A stretch of DNA of 63,294 bases, counting the filler, from Intoshia linei (lineage: Eukaryota; Animalia; Orthonectida): assembly GCA_001642005.1 (NCBI GenBank). It is 7 parts of 7 records of this genome, joined end to end, with 100 filler letters (N's around TTAATTAATTAA, not from the genome) between each part and the next. Parts side by side here need not be neighbours in the genome. Positions count along the whole stretch, not along the records: positions 1 to 4,963 come from LWCA01001848.1; positions 5,064 to 18,786 come from LWCA01001015.1; 5 more parts are not named here. One strand, written 5' to 3'. Below, in pieces: positions 1 to 14,100 of the stretch. A model generated the notes under the pieces. That model searched no databases, was not told the origin of the DNA, and was given only the letters and a program-made list of their open reading frames with translations. A program made the translations under genes and the position numbers. Each line of letters opens with the position of its first letter. Position 1 is the first letter of the stretch.

Positions 1-3000
1 TAATAATAATTTAACATTAGATAATTATTATACCTTATCTAAAATTTAATATTTACAATAAAAATATTTGCAAAATTAAAATTTATTGGACGTTGAACGC
101 GTAAACCCAAGAGATATATTATATACATGTAACTGTATTGTAAAACGTAAAATTGACGTTATTAATAGTAATACTGTATAAATTAATTGGATCTTGAAAA
201 TAATATTGTATGATTTTCGATATTATTATAATAATACAGTAAAATTACACGTTCGGCGCATATTTAAAATATTTTTACAATTAAAAGTGAATACGCCATG
301 ATCCAAGGCACCGAAAATCAAAAAGAATAACTATTTTTCGTAAACGATACATAAAAAACGATGTACCACATAGTCTTTAAATAACATAAATCAGAAAAAA
401 TATAAATATAACTTTACTTGCAACTACACAATATAAATTTTAATTATTATATTTATATATAAATAAATAGGAAAGTAAATTAACGTAATTTTCAGAATAT
501 TATTTTTTCTTAGAGGTTTTAAATTTGCATGGATCTGAATTTAAATTATAATGTATTGAATGAATATTTTTGATTCTAGAACAGAACCTACCAAGCTCAA
601 GCCACCGAAAATTTAAAATATACCCTTAAAAATTTTCCGCAGCTGATGATAGTGATACATAGCCACATATCCAATTTTCTGGAGTTGAATTTGAATTTTT
701 ATTTTTAATTTAACACACAAAAAAGTTAAGATATTCAAGAATAAAATTTTGAATGATTATAAATATACGATTAAAATACACTACATAAATGTAAATTATA
801 CTCTCTATAAATGTACGTATAAATATACTTATTTATGTATATTAGGTTTTCACATTTTGGGGACACTTTGAACATTTGCTGGGCACTAAATGTGTATTTT
901 TAAATAGAATCACTATTTCGAAATCAAAAACATTTAAAGCTATAACCTTATAACCATGTTTATGTCATTATATATACTTTTTAAATCAAAAATAAATTCA
1001 GATTTAATTTAATAATTTAAATCTAAATTAATAATTTTAAATTTAATAATTTGTACATACATTTTTATATGATAAATTTAAAATGACAAACGCAACTCGA
1101 ATATATAACGTTAAATATTTTTATTGGAACTATTCTTACTATTACATAAATAAACATATTGAGAACTAATCGTTCTTGGTTTTCAGATGCGTGACACTAG
1201 AATGTAAATTACAAAATTGAATTTTGTAATATTAGAATACATATTAATATCGAAAAATCGGTGTTTCCGGTAAATATTTTAAAACCATTATAATTATCGG
1301 TTGTCCAATTCAATCGGAATGATTGTACTCTTTTGGAAAGTGAACGAGTAATAACTTACATGTTGAAAAAATTAATTAGTAAGAAATCGACTAAACCCTT
1401 AAATACTTAATGCACTGGTTTTTTTAAAATTTTTTGATAGAAAATAATGTTAATAATTGTTTACTTAATTTTTTTTTAATTAATCTTCACTATTTCTACT
1501 AATTAATATACAGTACTATAATTTCTATACATATCTATATTTGTATGTGACAATGTTTTCGACCAATTTTTTTATTTTTTCTTTTTATACGATTGGTTCA
1601 TTACTGGTTTGTCGACTATCAATTTTTGTTATTATGCGTAATTTCGATTTAAATTAAATTTTAATGGAAAATTAAGAAACAGTAAATTGGTGAAATATTA
1701 AAAAATTAAAAGTCCAGTATGCTTGCGTGATTGTAAAGTGTATTTATTAACCCTGACAGAGATTCTCTTGTTAAAAATGTTTTCAACGTCGTTATGAAAT
1801 TAAATTGGTTACTAAGGACATTCGACATTGCAACAAAACCGGTTTGTTGAATCCACGGTAAATCGGTAAAACTGAAAAAATCGGTTTTTAATTTTTCAGT
1901 AAATTTGACAACACTATTTATTCAATTTTATTTTAATGTAGCCTTAGTATGATTAAAATTAAAGTAAAATTAAATTTTATATTATTATGAATATGAATAT
2001 TTATGTACATTGTACAATGTATTAAGATGATAGCCCCATTTGGTTATTGATTATACATTGTATTACTTAATAGTAATACACATTGTACAGAGGGAAAAAT
2101 ATTTCTGCTGTTAACTATGAAATGTGAAAAACCCTAATCAATATATCAGATATTGTTTATTATTATATATTTTTTAAATTAAAATTATTTATTTACTCTT
2201 TATATTATATGTGAAATTTTATCATTTTAAGGTTAAATTCATTGAAACTATTAAATATAAAATTCTACAAAATTCATGATTGTTTTTATATTAATTTAAA
2301 AATTGAAAACTTGTCAAAAGTTGTCACTTTTAAGAAAATAGATTTTATTATTAAAGTTTTGGAAGCTTAGATTCATAAAATTAATTAAATAAATAATTTA
2401 CCAACTAATTTGATGATTTTATGTTAAATTGAATTGTTAATAAAAGATGAACCAACGCATTTAATACTATTTACGACACAAAACAATGGTATATGAATGA
2501 TTTATATAATTTACATTCTATTTTATATTTATATGTTAAATTAAATGTACATTCACATTTGTATATAATTAACACTAACTTTTTAAAAATAACGATGTTC
2601 ATTTTAGACTTTATAGTGAACTTTATATAATTTATTACTACAATAATTTTTTTAAGTTTCATAAGAGTAAATGTCCGTTAAAGGGGAATATGGTAAGAAT
2701 CAATTATGATGCGCTTGCTATTTATTATTATTTATTAATTTACATTTGTAGTAGCAACATAAATAATTTTTTTTTAATTCGTAGGATCTACTGTTCTTAT
2801 TTACCTTTGTGTTAATATTGTTAATATTTTGATAAAAAAGATTGTTTTGATATGAACATTGTAATTTTTGAACAATGAACATAATTTTGTGTTCTAAATA
2901 TTTAAATTATTTATTAAAATGTAAATATTATCAAGTTTGTTATAGTAATTAATTATTGTAAGCAAAGATTTAACGCACCAGAAATCCCAATTGATAAAAT

Positions 3001-4963
3001 ATATATTATCAACTATATTTTACGTACATTACCATTTTTCACTTCATTCAATTCTAAATTAAATTATTTATTGAAATCTATTCCTTACTAAATAAATATA
3101 CATTACTAATAATGTATCATAAAAATTTATTACCAACTACAAACATATTTACGTTAATTGCTTTATAATATAAAGTTGATGTGTATAAAAATTTCTAAAT
3201 ATTTTTCACGGTTTTAATTAATATATAGATTAATAAACTTAAATAATAAAATTTTTTAATAAAATCAATATTTTATACGCATCACTATATTAAAAAAATG
3301 TAAATACAGATAAAACGCTACAAAATAAAAATAATAATACAAATGTACATTTTAATTACGTTCATTTTCTAAATTATTGATTATACAACGTTTGATAGGT
3401 TAATTAGTTAATTAACTTTAATTAAGTTAAGATAGGTTAACAGTTAGTTAATCAAATAATATTAAAGTATTTATAGAATGTTAAAATATATACCCATTGT
3501 GCATTAGTTCATACCCACCAAACTTTCTTCAAACTCAATCATTAGGGTGTTTACAAAGGCGTTTTTCGCTGAAAAAATGAAAACTAATTAACGAAAAAAT
3601 TGTATATGTGAACGAATTTTAAAAAATTTTTGAAATAAATTTTACATCATTATTATGATTATCTTAAAAAAAATTTCGTTTAATAATATTTTTTGTATGA
3701 CTGGTATCAGTATTGGTAATATTAGTACAGGTATCGTTGGTGTCAGTCCTGTTTATCCTTCAACTAATTGAGTCATCATCCTTTTAATATTGTGTATAAT
3801 TATGAATCAAAATTACTTTCTATTCATATTTAATGTAAAATATATGCACAATGTATAATTTACTCGCAATTTCTAAATTAATAAATGAAAATATTAACAT
3901 TTCATATTTATACACGAAATACATACTAATAAAATGTACACAATAAAATTAAATTTTTACCATCTGAATTTTATTTAAAATCTGTAACTAGTTAATCAAA
4001 ATGGAATATTTTTAACAATATACTTTCTAAACGTTTTATATTATAATGTTTATTTCATATTCCAATTTATAAAATATCAAATGATGGCGTCAAATAAAAT
4101 TTACGAGCTTCTAATTAATAATAAAATGTTAAAAAAAATAAATTTTACAGATAATTTTGGATTAAATAATAGATAAGTTTACTTGGCGAAAGTTTCTCTA
4201 AAATTTATTTAAAATAAAATATATAGTTGAAATTTCACAAAATTTAAAATTACTGATACCTAGAAAAAATGTTATTAATTAATTTTTTAAATTAATATCT
4301 AAAAATATTAAATACACTGTACATTCAATTACTAACTAATCAATGATTATATACTTAAAGTTTAGACTGAAACAATTACTATATTAAGTCAATAGATTTC
4401 CAAATAAAAAATCAGTTTAAATCATTTAACAATAATCATTTAAGTTATAAATCTAAATTTTATTTTTGTCAGTTTTTTCGTAAATTACAAATTCTTCAAA
4501 CGCTTAATAACGCTTAATAACTTTGATAATTAATTTACATTAACATTAATGTCTTAAAGAAAAAAAATTTGGAAATTATTATATTATTTTTGGAAATTTA
4601 TATATATATTATCAATATATATTATATAATATATATTTGATATTACTGAATTCTTTAAATTGATTACATATAAAGTATATTTTATAAATTAAATACAACA
4701 AAATATAATATAATATACTGTGTAGAGTTTAGTTTAGACAGAGTATATTCAAACCTCAATTTTAAACGAAAATTTTATAATTAAGAATTGTCTGACGCCT
4801 ATACCAGTGTTTCTTAACCTTTTATACACTGCGTTCCAAGTTATTATGCAAACATTAAAAAAATTAATAATTTAAAAAGTAGTCACTTAATTCTATTAAT
4901 TTTTTTATTATATTTATATATTCAACTAATAATACTTTAACGTCCCAAGAAAAATGTAATGTA

Positions 4964-5063
4964 NNNNNNNNNNNNNNNNNNNNNNNNNNNNNNNNNNNNN
5001 NNNNNNNTTAATTAATTAANNNNNNNNNNNNNNNNNNNNNNNNNNNNNNNNNNNNNNNNNNNN
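4964..5063. other. Assembly linker/gap (44N + TTAATTAATTAA six-frame stop + 44N); identical linkers at 18787-18886, 28370-28469, 44149-44248, 52249-52348, 60838-60937
   Basis: Six identical 100-nt blocks with a palindromic all-frame stop 12-mer between N runs; artificial. Confidence 0.97.
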
Positions 5064-5197
5064 ATAAAAATTTAAAATAAATATATTCAAACCAAAAATT
5101 CTTAAAATGTATTTGTCGGGCCCACCCATCTATTTTATATAACAATCCGACCCACTATCACAGAAAATTGCCCATTCCTGTTATATAGTGTATTTAC

Positions 5198-8100
5198 TGC
5201 ACAGAATATCCAATTTCAGCAGTGAAATTTGCTATATTGGCTCCTGCATTAAGGATAATGTTCATTGCTGGTTCTTTAATTTTATTGATTTTATTTTTTT
5301 TATTTATTCTTAAAGTTTCTGATTGGATTTCTTTTGCAGCGTTCTAAAATGACATTTAAATATAAACTAATTATCGTGATTATAAAGCAATAAATATATC
5401 CTCTTTTCATTCCGGAGGAGTAAAAATTTTATTTTCTCATTAAGATGCAGAATTCTATTCTATTTGAAAAATATGTTAAAAAACTCAAAGTTACTATTAC
5501 TCACTTTGCCGACACTGACACTGATAGACAGAAAAATCTTTAGATAAAAATGAGAAAATACATTGTAATTTTTTGTTAAAATGTATAATACTAATGAAAA
5601 AGATTTGTAAAACCCAAAAACTCATTGCATCTAATAAAGTTGAAAATCTTCACTCAAGTGTTTATATTCGTTAATTACATAAATTTTAATTAAAATCAAT
5701 TTATGTATTGGTATTTGATATTAAAATTTACCAAAATTATTTTATCTCCTTTGGAATCATCAATTACTTTGATTGCTTTATCTAAAAAAATAAATTTTAC
5801 ATTTTTTATCAAAATAACCAATTTCATTTATTGTTTCAAGATTGTCTTCAATCTAAATTACAAATTACTATATAAAAAATTAATCTTATCAATTTACGTC
5901 AACTGAATTTTTCGATGGTTACCTTATTATAAACTTTTTTAATTTCTTCACAAGCAGATTTATTTAAAACGTCAACGCCTGCATCCATTTTGGTTTTAAC
6001 AGCAGTTTCCATATCCTTACCCTCACTTTTTACTAATTTTATAAAATGTAACTATTTTTGGAAAACAGTAAATAAGTTTCAATTTCAATAATATAAAAAT
6101 TATATACATGTATTATGAACATTTTTTATTAAACTGTTAATCGGGAATTTTTTCATTATTTTTTTACCAAATTTTGAAAAACCTTCCCAGGTTTTTCTAA
6201 TTCTCAATTTAAAATTATATATTACAATCTAATAATAATTTCAACTTTTTAGCTTTTTCTGGTTCACTATATTGCGTCACATTGTAATATTTTGTCAAAT
6301 CATTATTTGCTCTTTTTATATCATTCAATACATTTTGACTTTGGAGATTATCCATGTCCCATTTGTTATTTAATAATTTTACATTGTTTTGTAATTTATT
6401 AACTAAAACATAATAAATAAGGCATACAAGAAATAATATTATTATAAAGTAGCTGTAATATTCTAAATTTATACTTGAATTTATGGATAAATCTTCCTTT
6501 TTAGGTACAGAAAAAATTGCATTTCTAAGAACAGTTGCTTTTTCCTTACAATCTTTTTGCATATTTACTAAATCTTCTTTAATTTGAGGTGAAGAGTTAA
6601 TTTCAGCGTTCATTTCATTCTTTGCTTTTATTAATTTAGCAGTACATAACTCAAGCTAAAATAAATACATTGAAATGTATTTAAATTGATGTATTTACGT
6701 CTTCACGTTTTTTTATTATTTCCAACGATTTTGGCAAATCTTGCATTGATACAGCTTTTGATATGTAATTTGAAATTTTTTTTACTTTTTCTGATTGCTC
6801 TTTAATTTCAGATATACTTTGCACTTTTTTTAAAATTATAATGTATTTATATTAATATTTAGGTTTCATTATTACCATTAGATTCATCAACCATATCGTA
6901 TTCAGTCAAAATCTAAATTTTTTAAATATTAAAATTTAAATACATAAATATAGAATGCATGTATACAAGTTATGTTATAAATCATATCATTGCCCTGCAA
7001 CGGGTAAAACCGGGCTGAGTTAAAAATAGAAATGAAAATTGTTAGCTAAAAAAAATTTCGCTGGATCGTTTTTTCTTAGATTGTGGTGGTTGAGAAACAC
7101 TGCAATATTCAGTACCAATCAAATCTACATTACTTTTATTTCCTATTATCATTTAATGCTTGACAGCGGTGAAATTTTTTTTTAAATGTAGTCATTTTTT
7201 CGTGGATTCATAGAGGTTCATGGAAAATAAATAATGTAATAATGCCGTACCCAACCTGATGACAATAAAATGAGTATTTATTATATTAATATTTTCATTC
7301 ATCTGACAAAATTTGAATTTTGAAAATTATTACTTTATCCAGCATGTCATCTTTTATGACAATGTTTATTTTTTCAATGTTATCTTTCAATTTATTCTGG
7401 CTATCTTTGATAGCAATTGTTTTTTCTTTCTAAAAAAACAATTAAAAACCTTCATATTTAGGTTATAAAATGTTTTGTTATAAATTTTTTTTTAATCAAA
7501 TTATGTTGATTACTTCATTGATGGAATTGCTTGACATATTTTGAACAATATTGTTGCTATTTTCTTCCATTTCGATCAAAATGGGTTTTATTTTTGGAAT
7601 AAAATCATAATCATCAGGATATTTTAATTTTGGTATTTCGTTAATCATTTTTGTTGCTGATAATTTGATATCTTAAATATTATTAAATAAATTACAATAA
7701 TTATTATCAATTATTAATATTATTATTATTAAATTCATCAAAAATCTATATAAAAATTATAGTAACAACGGAATTTATTGAATATTACCTGTTTTAAAAA
7801 AACTTAAAAGGCGCAATTTAGTTATTCTACATAAAAAAATTTAAAATTTTTTCAATTATTATTGTAGTACGTTTTAAATTAAATCATTCATCCATTAAAT
7901 TAAAATTAATTGCAATTATCTACCAAAATACGAAATGATGTATCATTGTTGATAAATTACATGTAATTTGATTTTTTATTATACTTATTAAACTGGTTTG
8001 GTACCCTTGGGTTCTGGCACCCCAGGTTAAGAATCCATGTCTTAAAGCGACATATTCATAGATTTTTCTAATTAATAATTAATTCATAAAAATATTATTA

Positions 8101-11100
8101 ATTTTTTGATCAAATTTTTGTGGGTTCCTTTATGGAAAAATTTTTTCACCCAATTTTTTAAGATTTTAAAGATAATTTTTGGGTAAAAATTTCATAGGTT
8201 TGGTTTTTTATGGGAAGTTTTTTTAAATATTTTGAAGATAAAATTTTAGGACTAAAATTTGATAAGGTTTTTTAAAGGAAGTTTTTTACTCAATTTTACA
8301 AGATTTTGAATATAATTTTGGGAACAAAAATTTGATAGAGTTGATTTGATGAAGGTAAACTTTTTTTTACCCAATTTTTTAAAATTTTAAAGATAATTTT
8401 TGGGTAAAAATTTCATAGGTTTGGTTTTTTATGGGAAATTTTTTAAAATATTTTGAAGATAAAATTTTAGAACTAAAATTTGATAAGGTTTTTTAAAGGA
8501 AGTTTTTTACTCAATTTTACAAGATNTGGGAACAAAAATTTGATAGAGTTGATTTGATGAAGGTAAACTTTTTTTTACCCAATTTTTAAAGATTTTAAAG
8601 ATAATTTTAATCCCAAGGTTTAGAGGGATTTTAAGGGAACATTTTTAAAATATTTTAAATATAATTTTGGGTCCAAAATTATGTAGTTTTTAAGGAATAT
8701 TTTTAAAATTTTAAAGGATATTCAAAATCTTTAAAAATTGGGTAAAAAAAAATGTTCCCTTATTAACCCTACATAATTTTTGTCGAAAAATTATCATCAA
8801 AATCTTTAAAATTAATTTACCTTGAGATTTAACATTTTTTAATTCGCTAATTGGTTTATCTATGAGCGTATTGAAATTGAGATAGTTGTCATTAATTTTC
8901 TTTAAATCTATTTTTTTAACATTAAAATACAATCGTACTGTTGCTGACAATGTGTATCAATAATACCAAATATAAATTATTTACCATCCGGTGTAAGTTT
9001 GACCATTTCAATATTTTCAAATTGACCCATTAAGAATTTTGCCTTAAAAAATAAAATTAAAATATTTCTATATTATAATTAAATTAATTAACCTGTTTAA
9101 ACATGCTCTTTGTTTTGTTTTTCGGTATGTCGGTCTGATTGAAAATGGCATCCCAATCGCTGATAACTAAATTATTATTTAAAGAATTAAAACCGCGATC
9201 CCAAATTTAAAAACTAAAAACCCTAAAACTCATTTTAAAAATTGATTCGTAATTAAAACTTGGCAACGGGTTTAAAGGGCTTTGTAGCGAATTTATGATT
9301 CAGAGGTGTATATAAAAATGTTTATTAGACATACTTTTATCGGTTTCATCAATTTCATTATCAAACTCTTTTTTGATTTGATCATCGTTGGTTTTATCTC
9401 GCAATTTTTTGGCCAAATTGTTGGTAATTTTATTATTAAAATGAATGTCAGAAAGTACATTGTAATCAATATCTTCTTCGTAATTGTAGTCATTATCCAA
9501 TTCTATTGATGACCTCTTTACAGTTTCTGCCACATTTGATTCTGTAAAACCATTTATACAACTTTTATTTTTATTATAATAATTATTGACTATTATGCTT
9601 AGATTTTAAATCGATTCTAAAAATAATTGGAACAAAAATTATTAGGATCAAGATTCCGAAGGGATGAGCCAAAAAACTTTAAAACCACTTTAATTTTGTC
9701 TGAAAAGGTAATTATTTAATTTAAATAATTAACATGAAAACTTGTAAAAAAATAAATAAAAAGACTTACTCATTTTTTTAAACAATAGTTCTGGTGAAAC
9801 GGTGCTTTGCAAATTGTTAACCGCATTATCGAGATACGTTTTGAGGAATTCATCAGCTTTCTTGAGAACAGCATTATTTTTGGAATTGATGTCAGAATCA
9901 TTATTTTTTTTTGATATTAATAAAGCCCTATTCATAATATCGGAAAGTTTTTTAATATTCATTTGATCCTCTGTGACTTTTAAAGCATTGTCTACATTAT
10001 CCAAAGCCTCTAACGTGGCCATCTTGTTACACAACATATTGGCATTATTTAATTTTTTCAAAAATTTGTCTGAATTTTCTGCCAAATTAGACAAAACTGC
10101 AGCACAATTCATAATGTTTAGGTCAGCAAGGTTTGACGCCAAAATATTGAGTTTATATTCACTCTTTATTTCAGATAATTTTTCTAGAGAGTGTTGCAAT
10201 TTTATCGAGCAATCTTCAATGTTTTTTTCATTTTTAGATAAACATGCTTCATTTAACTCAAACGCCAATTCTTCTATTTTATCAGAAATTTGTTGCAACT
10301 CGTCAGAGTTTTCAATAGATTTGTCCAATTTTACATTTTTATCAGATATATGTTCTAAAACTTGTTTAATATTGTTGTAACCTTCCTTTGCATCCATGGT
10401 TGTTGGGTTATATGCCCATTTTATTGCAGCTTTGTATTGTTGGTTAAGTTTTTTTATCTTTTCTTCGTTTTTTGGTTCAAGAATTTCTTTGGCTTTTAAG
10501 AGTGATTTAGATATTTTTGAACATAAATTGTTCATGTTTTTTTTACTAGCTTCCAAATCATTCGTATCGGTATTGTTGTGCAAGATTTTCAATTTTTCAG
10601 AATATTGTTCCAAGTTTTCAAGTTCTTCACATAAATTCACAAAATCTATACCAGACTTTTTGTCTGCTTTAGAAATTTGCAGTTTTGCCAGGTTTGAAAA
10701 TGTTTTTATCTGTGATTCCAATATTCCAGATTTTTGAATAATGTCAGCTTTAGATAGGTTTTGACTGTTTAAATTCATTACTGTGTCACTTAACAATGCA
10801 TTCATTTTTTCAACTAAATAATTTATATCAATATCAAGTGAGGGTAGCTAAAAAATTTTTAGTTACGCCCTACAAAAGTAAACGAATTTGAAAATATGTC
10901 GCGACTGGCGACAACCTAGGGGGCGTGTCACCAACCTTAAAAAACTTTTTTTTAGGTTTAGATTTAGATTAATTCTAAGATATGAAATTTTGAAATTGAT
11001 ATATTGGTATATTCTCCATTTTTTTTCTGCGCCACCCTTGGATTTTTTCATTTTAAAAAAAGATTCAAAGAAAAATTATTTTGTAATTCTTTAAAAATGC

Positions 11101-14100
11101 AATATTGTATCTTAAAAAAATCTTTAAAAAAAATTTATAAATATGTCGCGACTGGCGACAACCTAGGGGCGTGTCACCAACCTTGAAACACTGATTTAGG
11201 TTATTTCAAAGAAAATGTATTCTGAAAAATTTTAAAAACCAGAATACTAAATTTGAATAAATTCTCGCCCCATTGGCGAAAACGGATATACAATTGTATA
11301 ATTTTACTTTTTTTAGAGATGACGTCATTTAAATTTTCATTTTTAATTATATCCATCTGCAAAGAGTCAGCGGAAGCTGTATATTCTTTGTCTGCGTCTT
11401 GTTGTAATTGTTTTAAATTTTGTAAATTTTCTTTACTTGGATTTTTCCTATACTGTTTAATACTATTTACAACTTTAACACGCCCTGAATCAAGATTCGC
11501 CAATTTCATGTCAACATCATTAGTATCACTTTTGGCCACTTTTGAATATAATTTTAATTTATGTAAATCATCTGTCAATTTTTTATTTTCATCATCAAAT
11601 TGATCTAATAAATCTTGCAAATTATTTTCCTTGCTTTCAGTTTCAACCATTTTGGGTACAATTGGTATATCTAAGTTTTTTTCAATTTCTTTCATTTTTT
11701 CGTTTTTTATGACGTCTTGCATGTATTTCAATTTATTTTTTAAAATTGTTACATTTGTTGCAATTTCAGCTTTATTGTCTTTTTCTAGCGATTTTTTTAA
11801 ATTATTCGTTACTCCTACAATATCTTCCAATAGTCTATTTAGTTTTTTGTCGTTTTTCATATTGTTCATTTTTTGTAATGCATTGCACAGTTTTATTGGT
11901 GCTTCCAGAACTAGAAATATTATTATTATTAAAATAAACAAAGGAACAAATAGAATTTAAAAAAAATACATTTAGTATTCAAGGAGTACATTTTAACGTT
12001 TTTTTAATACTAGTCATCTTGAATTCTGAATTTTGAAAAATTTCTTAAAAAATGAAAAAATGAAAAAAAAATTACACAGTATAGAACCGGTGAGGCAGCA
12101 TTTACTGTTGGAAGGCCGCACTAACGTAAAAAAATTTAATAAGGCCGCACCTTTATAACTAGAAGTTAATCAAATACAACAGTGCTTCTCAGTGCAATGA
12201 CAATGAGAAAAAACCAAAATTGTACCAACCTTTTAGGAAAAAATTTCTCTATCTGATCCTAAAAAAAAATGATTTTACCAACCCTTAAGGAAAAAACAAC
12301 TTTTACCAAATTTGTCTGAAAAATCCCATTTCACCAAAAATTTAATGTAATAAATAAATTAAATTGTCCACAAGGCCCCACCAAATCTTCAATAAGGTCA
12401 CACTTTCCCCACCTCTGGTATAGAACTTAGCGAAATGGAGGAATTGACTAGTTAAATTGAAAAAAATACACAACTCGTCACTGAATTTTTGATTGAGACC
12501 CCAAAGTTTATTATGGTAATTGAAATTAAAATTTTTAAAAAAGTTTAATAAGATTACCATCTTCATCATTTCTATATTTTTCAGTTTCATGGACCAACTT
12601 ATCACATGCATCCATATATTTGTTGACATCATCAACATTTACTTTTTCATCATAAAATGATTGATTTTTATTCATATCTTTGATAATATCATTGCTTTGA
12701 TGAATGATATTTTCATTATCTTTATAAAACTTTTCTTCGTTTTTGGAGTCTTTAATAGTCTCTCGTACCGATTTTAGTTTATCAAGCAGGTCTAAATATA
12801 ATTATAATGGAATAAGTGATAATTCTCAAAGAGTTAAATTGAATAATTAAATTTGCAAAAATAATTAAGAATTATTTTCAACCAAAATTTCAAGAGGTAT
12901 TTAATTTAGAGGGTGGTTTTCAACAGGACGATATCGCTCGTCCTATTTTAAGATGGAAAAATATAAATTACTATTATTTTTATCATTCATTTCGATTAGA
13001 TATGTTTTTTCATTAGAATCAATTATGGGATCATCTAATTTTTTTGTAAAGAGATTTTGTAATGTTTCCAAATTTATAATATTTTTGTCAATCTTGTCAC
13101 TTAATACAGGTAAAGGACATTTTGTGTCCATAAGATATGTTAATTCTTTCAGATCCGCTTTAGCACGATTTTCTGCAGCGTCAACCAATCCATCCATTGA
13201 ACATTGATCTATAGCAATAGATTTTAAACTGCTTTGTTGTTCCTCAAATTGTTGTTGAATTAACGATAACTGTTCTTTTTGCATTTTAGTGTCATACCCT
13301 TTTAAAGAATTGTCAGAATATAAAGAAGCACTTGCCACCAATGTGGGCGTAATTGCGTTCAATCGAGAGGCAGTCTGGTTAAATTTTTTCCAATCGTCGT
13401 TATTACTTAATATCATTTGAGCTGTTATTAAATTTGCCATTTTCCACATTTTGGAAGATTCATTTTTTGAATCATCAAATATTTTATGTCTTTCTTCTGC
13501 ATCTGTAAGACATTCATCCATTTTTTTAATGTCTAATTTTGGTAAATTATCTTGGATTGTTAGAAGCTAAATTAAATTTTATTAATCGATTTATCAATAT
13601 GTGTATTATACATTGTAGAATAACAATATTATATTATACTAGCTTGAATGTTATGTACTTTGTACAAACAACATCCTAGCTCTGCCGAGGGCGAATTTTT
13701 TTAATTCTACCAAAAAAAATAAATTCAAAAATAAAATCTTACTTAAAAATTCTAAACTCACGATTATCAATCCATTAAAAATATACTTATATCAACTGGA
13801 ATTCGCTGTATCAGAATAATTTTTTTTTTTTAATCTTAGGGCTATTAATTATTTCAAATTCTTTGTTTTAATAAAATAGTTTCGAAATGAATACTAAATT
13901 TTTTTTTGACCGTGAAGGCGGTCACTTATTCAGATTGATATTTTTTGTGTGTTAACAGAATACAACTGTAGTACAGTTACTATACCATATGTAATTTTTT
14001 TTTTAAATTTTTTTAGTTTCTTAAATATTTTCATATTTTAAAAAAATGGCAATCTGGGGTTTTCTCCTGAGACATAATGAATGACAATATAATAAAATTT

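Noticed and set aside
1-4963. First contig, including the ORF at 2471-2662
   Set aside because: Low-complexity AT-rich DNA with only short MITE-end remnants; no supportable gene
5008-5019. TTAATTAATTAA palindrome repeated six times in the window
   Set aside because: Always centred in N runs; an artificial contig linker, not biology
9306-13207. Plus-strand hydrophobic ORFs (9306, 9973, 10396, 11253, 11631, 12953)
   Set aside because: Antisense shadows of the Lys/Glu-rich minus-strand vinculin-like exons
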